Below are positions 58,496 to 64,000 of a DNA stretch of 64,000 bases, piece by piece. The DNA comes from Bacteriovoracaceae bacterium. Its GTDB lineage: Bacteria > Bdellovibrionota > Bacteriovoracia > Bacteriovoracales > Bacteriovoracaceae. A program made the position numbers and the translations under genes. How positions within the stretch are numbered: position 1 is the first letter of the stretch; every line of letters starts with the position of its first letter. The notes under the pieces are model-generated. The model worked only from the letters and a program-made list of their open reading frames with translations. It had not been told where the DNA came from and made no database searches. The stretch lies in NCBI GenBank assembly GCA_048270185.1, contig JBLWTJ010000001.1, positions 64,001 to 128,000 on the forward strand. The letters are read 5' to 3'.

Positions 58496-59329
58496 ATGCT
58501 TAGATTACTTATTGCCATTTCATTTATGTCGGCCACTCTTTGCTCTTATGCAAATAGTGATGGTTTTATCATCAAAAGAGACGAAATTCGTAATAAGAAT
58601 ATTAAGAAGGATTACGATGCTTATGAGAATTATATTAAAGATCATGGCTTTGATACATTCTATGATCCAAGTATCGATTATTCAAAATTTTCAGGACGTA
58701 TAACTGACAAAGACCCGTCTTCGACAATTTTTAAAATTCAAGTTGAATCACAAAATGTTAAATTTCTAAAACCATCTGATGATGTATATTTTAATATCTC
58801 AAGACAGATGGATCGCGATAAGTGTAAGGGCCATATTCGTTCTAGTGAAGAAAAATATATTACAATCTATGTTAAAAGCGCCCTTGACTGCTGGGGGAAA
58901 AATTCAACATTAAGACGTGGAACTATTCTTGTTTTTGAAAGTGAGAAATTGGCCGTAAGAATTAAAGAAGCCTCTCGTTATAGACTTTCACTTCTTGCTA
59001 AAAAGAGAGATTTCACATTTCAGTTAAATGAAGTAAATAAATTCGTCTGGGGCTTTTCGCAAAAGCAAGTTGAAGTGGCCGCTGATTATGATCGACAAAT
59101 AATTGAGCTTCAAAAGAAAAAAGATGAGGCCCTAAACTTGTTACTTTCTAAGAAGAATGATCAAGTACGAGTTCAGGCCAAGCTCATCTATAGCCTTGAT
59201 AAATTAGATCAAGATCTTAACTTCTATCGTATTGAAAAAGATGAACTCTACACAGACCGTTGGCATCTTGATAAAGACCTGGGCCTTCCGGTTTATGACA
59301 AGCCTGCAAAAATTAAAAATAATTACTAA
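58496..59329 (+). CDS. Secreted hypothetical protein with coiled coil
   Basis: Signal peptide from ATG 58496 (MLRLLIAIS...SYA). Confidence 0.7.
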   Translation: MLRLLIAISFMSATLCSYANSDGFIIKRDEIRNKNIKKDYDAYENYIKDHGFDTFYDPSIDYSKFSGRITDKDPSSTIFKIQVESQNVKFLKPSDDVYFNISRQMDRDKCKGHIRSSEEKYITIYVKSALDCWGKNSTLRRGTILVFESEKLAVRIKEASRYRLSLLAKKRDFTFQLNEVNKFVWGFSQKQVEVAADYDRQIIELQKKKDEALNLLLSKKNDQVRVQAKLIYSLDKLDQDLNFYRIEKDELYTDRWHLDKDLGLPVYDKPAKIKNNY

Positions 59330-59330
59330 G

Positions 59331-60305
59331 CTAGATTAACTTCTCTTCATTTAATGCCAATTCGATGAATTGATCATTGTAGAAGTGATTATCCATATGT
59401 TCTTTGTAAAGCTTTAAAGAATAGGCCGGTGAAACACCCATCCACTCTTTAATTAATGCTTCATTTACTCCATTGTGTAGCCAAGTAAAAATACAAGATT
59501 GTCTAAGTGACTTAGGTGTAATTTGAATCATAAGCCTTTCACGCCATTCTTCAAAGAGTAGCTCCATACCGCGGGCAGAAAGACCTCCAGAAAGAATTCT
59601 GTGAGCATTGGCATTAAAGAGTAATTCATCAAAATTCAGGCCTTGCTCTTTTTGAACTTCTTGTAAGAGTTCAACATATTCATAAAAAATACGTCCGTAT
59701 ATTTTGGCAAATGTAACGGTATATGGATCTCTCTTCTCGTGGTTGATGACGGCCTTAATCTCTTCTCTAAAAGAGAAGTTTGAAACTTTAATCTTTGATA
59801 ACTCTGAGACCTTAAGTCCTCCAAGATAGACCGTTACAAAAATAAGTCCATTTCTCTTGGCCTTAAGTTTATCAAGTTTAGTCTTTGCATTTCTTTGATC
59901 ATTTAAAAGAGAGTGCCATAGAGTTTTTATATGTGAGAAAGAGGCTGGACGAGGAATATCTAAGAATTTTGGAGATGTTGGGATCTTTCTAACAGGATTT
60001 GCATTAAAGACTCCTTCCTCCACAAGGTGATCAAAGAAAATACGTAGGGCCTGAACGCGGCGTCTGCGAGAATTATCTGATTGATACTTTGTTTCTAAAA
60101 ATTTTCCATATTCTAATATTTCTGGGATTGAGTAATTTTCAATTCCAGTTTGATTATTCTTTGACGTCACGTATTGGTTAAAACAGGCCAGATCTGTGCG
60201 GTAATTCTTTAATGTATTAATGCTTAGGCCTCGGGCCTCAATCTTCTTAAAGAAGCTCTTTTGCCATTTATCTAATTTATTCTTGTTGAGTTGTGTAATT
60301 TCCAT
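59331..60305 (-). CDS. XerC/XerD-like tyrosine recombinase-fold protein (degenerate)
   Basis: RGLSINTLKNYRTDL, RRRVQALRIFF..L, NPVR, GLKVSEL, LSARG, TPKSLRQS. Confidence 0.8.
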   Translation of the reverse strand: MEITQLNKNKLDKWQKSFFKKIEARGLSINTLKNYRTDLACFNQYVTSKNNQTGIENYSIPEILEYGKFLETKYQSDNSRRRRVQALRIFFDHLVEEGVFNANPVRKIPTSPKFLDIPRPASFSHIKTLWHSLLNDQRNAKTKLDKLKAKRNGLIFVTVYLGGLKVSELSKIKVSNFSFREEIKAVINHEKRDPYTVTFAKIYGRIFYEYVELLQEVQKEQGLNFDELLFNANAHRILSGGLSARGMELLFEEWRERLMIQITPKSLRQSCIFTWLHNGVNEALIKEWMGVSPAYSLKLYKEHMDNHFYNDQFIELALNEEKLI

Positions 60306-60387
60306 GACTTCCCCAAGTATTTTCAACTACGTATATTACTGAATATTCTAGCTAACGGGTTATTATTACACAAGTTTAAAAGGAGGC

Positions 60388-60416
60388 TTGATTTTGATGG
60401 GGATAAGCATTATAAA
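60388..60416 (+). promoter_or_regulatory. Sigma-70-type promoter of rnc-era-der
   Basis: TTGATT-N17-TATAAA. Confidence 0.55.
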
Positions 60417-60445
60417 GCCTTTAACAATTTAATATTAGGTGATTT

Positions 60446-61288
60446 ATGCTCGAGACGACCTCTCTCAACCAAGACGCGTTGAGTCCTACATTTGCACATG
60501 CATTTTATAGGCAGACTATTGCTGATTTTCAGCAACTAGGACTGGAGAGCGGAAATATTAAGCATCAAATCACTGAAATCTTCTTTGATCAATCCAATAT
60601 TCAAACATCATTATTAAATCAATATGACCTTGATTTTAAGGATCAATCTCTTCTTATGCGTGCCTTTACTCATAGCTCTTATGTTCATGAGTCAAAAGTT
60701 TCAATTAAGAGTTATGAAAGACTTGAATTCTACGGTGACTCTGTTCTTGGAGCATTTGTAACCAAGAGACTATTTTTAAATTTTGAGAAGATGAATGAAG
60801 GTGAACTTTCTAAGTTTAGAAGTGCCCTTGTTAATGAAGAGAGTTTAAGTAAGCTATGTGACTTCTTAGGTCTTGTTGACTTTCTTGTCGTTGGAAAGGG
60901 AGAGTTGGGACTGCAGGCCAATACAAGTATTCGTTGTGACCTTTTTGAGTCTCTGCTTGGGGCCATTGCTATTGACCAAGGTGTTGACCGCGCGGACTCA
61001 TTCTTAGAAGAAGTTCTAGAGAAGTTTGAAGCTGAAACGAACGAAAAATTCTTTGATGCCAATAAGCTTATTGATTTTGATCCAAAGACGAAACTTCAAG
61101 AAGAGACTCTTGCACGCTTTAAATGCTTGCCTGAATACCGTAGTGAGAAGAGAGGAGAGTCCTTCTTAATTGAACTCTTTGTTAAAGATCAAAAGATTGC
61201 CGAAGTAATCTCAAGTAGTAAAAAAATTGGAACAAAAGAAATCGCAAAAGAATGTTTACAAAATAATTTGCTAGAAAAAATTAAATAA
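60446..61288 (+). CDS. rnc: Ribonuclease III
   Basis: AFTHSS, YERLEFYGDSVL, EGELSKFRSALV, DLFESLLGA, dsRBD DPKTKLQE. Confidence 0.93.
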   Translation: MLETTSLNQDALSPTFAHAFYRQTIADFQQLGLESGNIKHQITEIFFDQSNIQTSLLNQYDLDFKDQSLLMRAFTHSSYVHESKVSIKSYERLEFYGDSVLGAFVTKRLFLNFEKMNEGELSKFRSALVNEESLSKLCDFLGLVDFLVVGKGELGLQANTSIRCDLFESLLGAIAIDQGVDRADSFLEEVLEKFEAETNEKFFDANKLIDFDPKTKLQEETLARFKCLPEYRSEKRGESFLIELFVKDQKIAEVISSSKKIGTKEIAKECLQNNLLEKIK

Positions 61289-61317
61289 TAACGAAACTAA
61301 ATGAAAATGGAGACAGT

Positions 61318-62289
61318 ATGTTATTAGAAGATCAACACCCGGATAATAAATCATTAATGGCAGCAATCGTTGGTGCACCAAACGTCGGTAAGAGTTCACT
61401 TGTCAATTACCTTCTTGGTATGGAGCTTTCAATTGTAACAAGTAAGCCACAAACAACTCGTAACAAATTCCATGCAGTATTTACTGTTGATCACACTGAA
61501 GTTGTTCTAGTTGATACTCCAGGTCTACACAAGGCCAGCCAAGAACTTAATAAGAGAATTAACCAACAAGCAGTTGAAGGTGTTGATGGTGTTGATGTAA
61601 ACCTTCTTCTAATTGATTTAACAAAAGATATACTAGGTCAAATTAAAGACTTTAATGAGCTTCTAGGTGCTAAGCAACTATCTAAAACTTGGCTTGTTTT
61701 CACTAAGTCTGACCGTGTTGAAAATGTTGAAGCACTACCACTTGATAAAGTATTTGATCAAGCAAAAGAAGTGATTCCATCAATTGAGAAATTCTTCTGT
61801 ATTTCGACTAAGACTGGAGATAATGTACACTTACTGACTTCAGCTCTTTGTGATGAAGCACAACCAGGTTCACACTTCTACCTAGATGGAAGTATTTCAA
61901 ATAAGCCGTCACGATTCTTTGCAACAGAATATATTCGTGAACAAGCTTTTGAATTATTAAAAGATGAACTTCCATATGAAATGGCCGTTGTTATTGATGA
62001 GTACAAAGATTTTAAAGATAAAAAGACAGGTGACTTCGCTTCACATATTTCTGCGACAATCCTTGTTAACCGTCCATCTCAACGTGCTATCGTTGTTGGT
62101 TCAAAAGGAACGATGATTAAAGAAATCGGAATGCGTGCTCGTAAGAAAATTGCTGCAATGACTGATGGTAAGGTTCACTTAAACCTACACGTTAAGGTAT
62201 CACCAAAGTGGTTTAAGAATAACTTCGTACTAGAAGAGCTAGGATTACCAAGAGCGACAAATTCAGCTCGTGTTTGGAAGCAAAAGTAG
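61318..62289 (+). CDS. era: GTPase Era
   Basis: GAPNVGKS, KPQTTR, DTPG, TKSD, KH domain VGSKGTMIKEIG. Confidence 0.95.
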   Translation: MLLEDQHPDNKSLMAAIVGAPNVGKSSLVNYLLGMELSIVTSKPQTTRNKFHAVFTVDHTEVVLVDTPGLHKASQELNKRINQQAVEGVDGVDVNLLLIDLTKDILGQIKDFNELLGAKQLSKTWLVFTKSDRVENVEALPLDKVFDQAKEVIPSIEKFFCISTKTGDNVHLLTSALCDEAQPGSHFYLDGSISNKPSRFFATEYIREQAFELLKDELPYEMAVVIDEYKDFKDKKTGDFASHISATILVNRPSQRAIVVGSKGTMIKEIGMRARKKIAAMTDGKVHLNLHVKVSPKWFKNNFVLEELGLPRATNSARVWKQK

Positions 62290-62325
62290 AAAGTAAAAAA
62301 GAAAAAAGCAAAATAGGATAAAACT

Positions 62326-64000
62326 ATGCAAAAACGATCAATGATCATTTCACTAATTGGAAGACCGAACGTCGGAAAGAGTTCGATCTTTAACCGATTA
62401 ATGAAGAAACAACATAAGGCCATCACTCATGATATGCCTGGTGTTACAAGAGACCGTCACTACGGGATTACAACATTCAATGATAAGAATGATGATCGCC
62501 CATTAGATGCCATTCTCGTTGATACTGGTGGATTCTATCCAACGCAAGTTGATGAATCTGGTAAGGATGATAAAGAAGTTAACGCTAATAAGTTCTTTAA
62601 TATCATGACAACGCATGCTCAACAGGCAATTGAAGAGTCAGATCTTGTTCTCTTCGTTGTTGATGTTAGAGAAGGTGTTCTGCCTTTTGATAAAACAATC
62701 GCGAACTATATTAGAAAGCAAAAGAAGAAGATGTGGCTTCTTGTAAATAAGTATGACTCTGAAACACAAAGTGGAGATGAGTATAGCTTCTTTGAGCTAG
62801 GAATCAACGGCGATGAGATGTTTACAACTTCAGCTGCTCACGGGCGTGGAATTGAGCTTTTAAGAGAAGCGATTCACCAAGAAATGATGGATTTTGATGA
62901 CTCAAATGAAGTTATGCAAATGACAGCTCTTCAGCGAGGAGTAACACCACGTGAAAACGTTGTGGCCAAGCTTGCTCTTATCGGAGCACCAAATGCTGGT
63001 AAATCAACTCTTCTAAATCAACTTCTAGGAAGTGAGAGAGCACTTGTTTCAGATATTGCTGGAACGACAGTTGACCCAATTGATGGCTACTTTGACCTCT
63101 TCCTTGGTGACGACGCTAAGAAACTAGATGAAGCGCAGGCCTACTTCAAAAATGATAATGTTCTTTATAATCAATATGAAGACTTTAAAAAGAATAACCC
63201 TGATCTTTATAACGAGCTGATTTCAAGCTATGAACTTGAAGAGGAATCAGAAGACTTTGAACTAGAAGGCCTTGAAGATGAAATCATCGCAAGTGATGAA
63301 GAGTTTGAAGAGAATGCAACAACTCGTATGGAAGCTCAAGCCTTCAGTGAGGATGATGTAACTGAAGAAGCTGAGTTAACACTAGAAGCAAGTGAAGTCG
63401 TAGACGAAACGCTTACTGAAGATGAAGGCTCTCACTGGCGTTCGATCCATATCGTTGACACGGCAGGGATTAGAAAGCAGAAGAAGATTGATGACTTTGT
63501 TGAGTCACAGTCTGTTTACCGCTCTCTAAGATCAATTGCTGACAGTGATGTTTGTCTCTATCTTATTGATGCTGAAAAAGGTGTTTCACACCAAGATAAG
63601 CGTCTGCTTGATATTGCTGTTGAAAAAGGTGCCTCAATTATTGTTTGTATGAATAAGGTAGACTTAATTGGTGATACATTTAGAGACGCTGATGCACGTA
63701 AAGAGTGGATTCAAAATATTCGCGATAAGATGCCATGGCTTAACTACTGCGATATCGTGCCTATTTCAGCAAAGCATAAGCGTGGAATTAAAAGACTTAA
63801 GAAGATTCTTGCAAAAACAATCTTCATTCGTCGCCAAAATATCGCAACAGGTGCTCTTAACCGTTTCGTTTTCGAGCTGATTGAAAAGCACCCAATTATT
63901 CTTAAAGGTTCACGTGGTAAGAGATTCCGTGTTAAGTACGCATCTCAAATTAAGGCCAATCCTCCAACGTTCTTATTCTATACGAATAAGTCTCGTGGGA
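62326..64000 (+). CDS. der: Ribosome biogenesis GTPase Der/EngA (runs off window end)
   Basis: Manual translation. GD1: [23 protein letters not shown]2: [24 protein letters not shown]-like start [12 protein letters not shown]. Confidence 0.93.
   Translation, partial: MQKRSMIISLIGRPNVGKSSIFNRLMKKQHKAITHDMPGVTRDRHYGITTFNDKNDDRPLDAILVDTGGFYPTQVDESGKDDKEVNANKFFNIMTTHAQQAIEESDLVLFVVDVREGVLPFDKTIANYIRKQKKKMWLLVNKYDSETQSGDEYSFFELGINGDEMFTTSAAHGRGIELLREAIHQEMMDFDDSNEVMQMTALQRGVTPRENVVAKLALIGAPNAGKSTLLNQLLGSERALVSDIAGTTVDPIDGYFDLFLGDDAKKLDEAQAYFKNDNVLYNQYEDFKKNNPDLYNELISSYELEEESEDFELEGLEDEIIASDEEFEENATTRMEAQAFSEDDVTEEAELTLEASEVVDETLTEDEGSHWRSIHIVDTAGIRKQKKIDDFVESQSVYRSLRSIADSDVCLYLIDAEKGVSHQDKRLLDIAVEKGASIIVCMNKVDLIGDTFRDADARKEWIQNIRDKMPWLNYCDIVPISAKHKRGIKRLKKILAKTIFIRRQNIATGALNRFVFELIEKHPIILKGSRGKRFRVKYASQIKANPPTFLFYTNKSRG

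Noticed and set aside
59331..60326. Integrase marking a prophage or integron
   Set aside because: The flanks are housekeeping genes, no att sites, cassettes or phage genes are visible, and the catalytic residues are degenerate.
63070..63456. Intein in Der
   Set aside because: There is no C/S start or HN-C/S/T end, and the composition is low-complexity acidic.
956..63880. Many 60-130 aa ORFs nested in or antisense to larger genes
   Set aside because: They are shadow frames of well-supported genes with no independent motifs.

Overview
A 64 kb, AT-rich, gene-dense chromosomal window. Gene content and style suggest a predatory Bdellovibrionota bacterium (Halobacteriovorax/Bacteriovorax-like); this is inference only. 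It holds mostly housekeeping genes: clpB, murD, serC, tgt/queE/queF, a DEAD-box helicase, dksA, sdhCAB, mgtE, dus, tatD, rpsP-khpA, tatA, bfd-bfr, speBA and speDE, pqiAAB, transaldolase and rnc-era-der. There are also many secreted hypotheticals and a small AT-richer two-gene insert. I saw no rRNA, tRNA, CRISPR array, IS or prophage. Most notable: (1) an intact ferrochelatase fused in-frame to a TetA-like MFS transporter, facing a bfd-bfr pair whose Bfr has lost ferroxidase His54 but keeps heme ligand Met52; (2) a ~110-aa acidic insertion inside the second GTPase domain of Der; (3) at least seven sigma-28-like promoters, two of them driving apparently catalytically dead proteins that end in Ala-Ala; (4) a degenerate Xer-like recombinase; (5) a eukaryote-type AdoMet decarboxylase; (6) strong GGCC enrichment and TCCT-loop intergenic hairpins.
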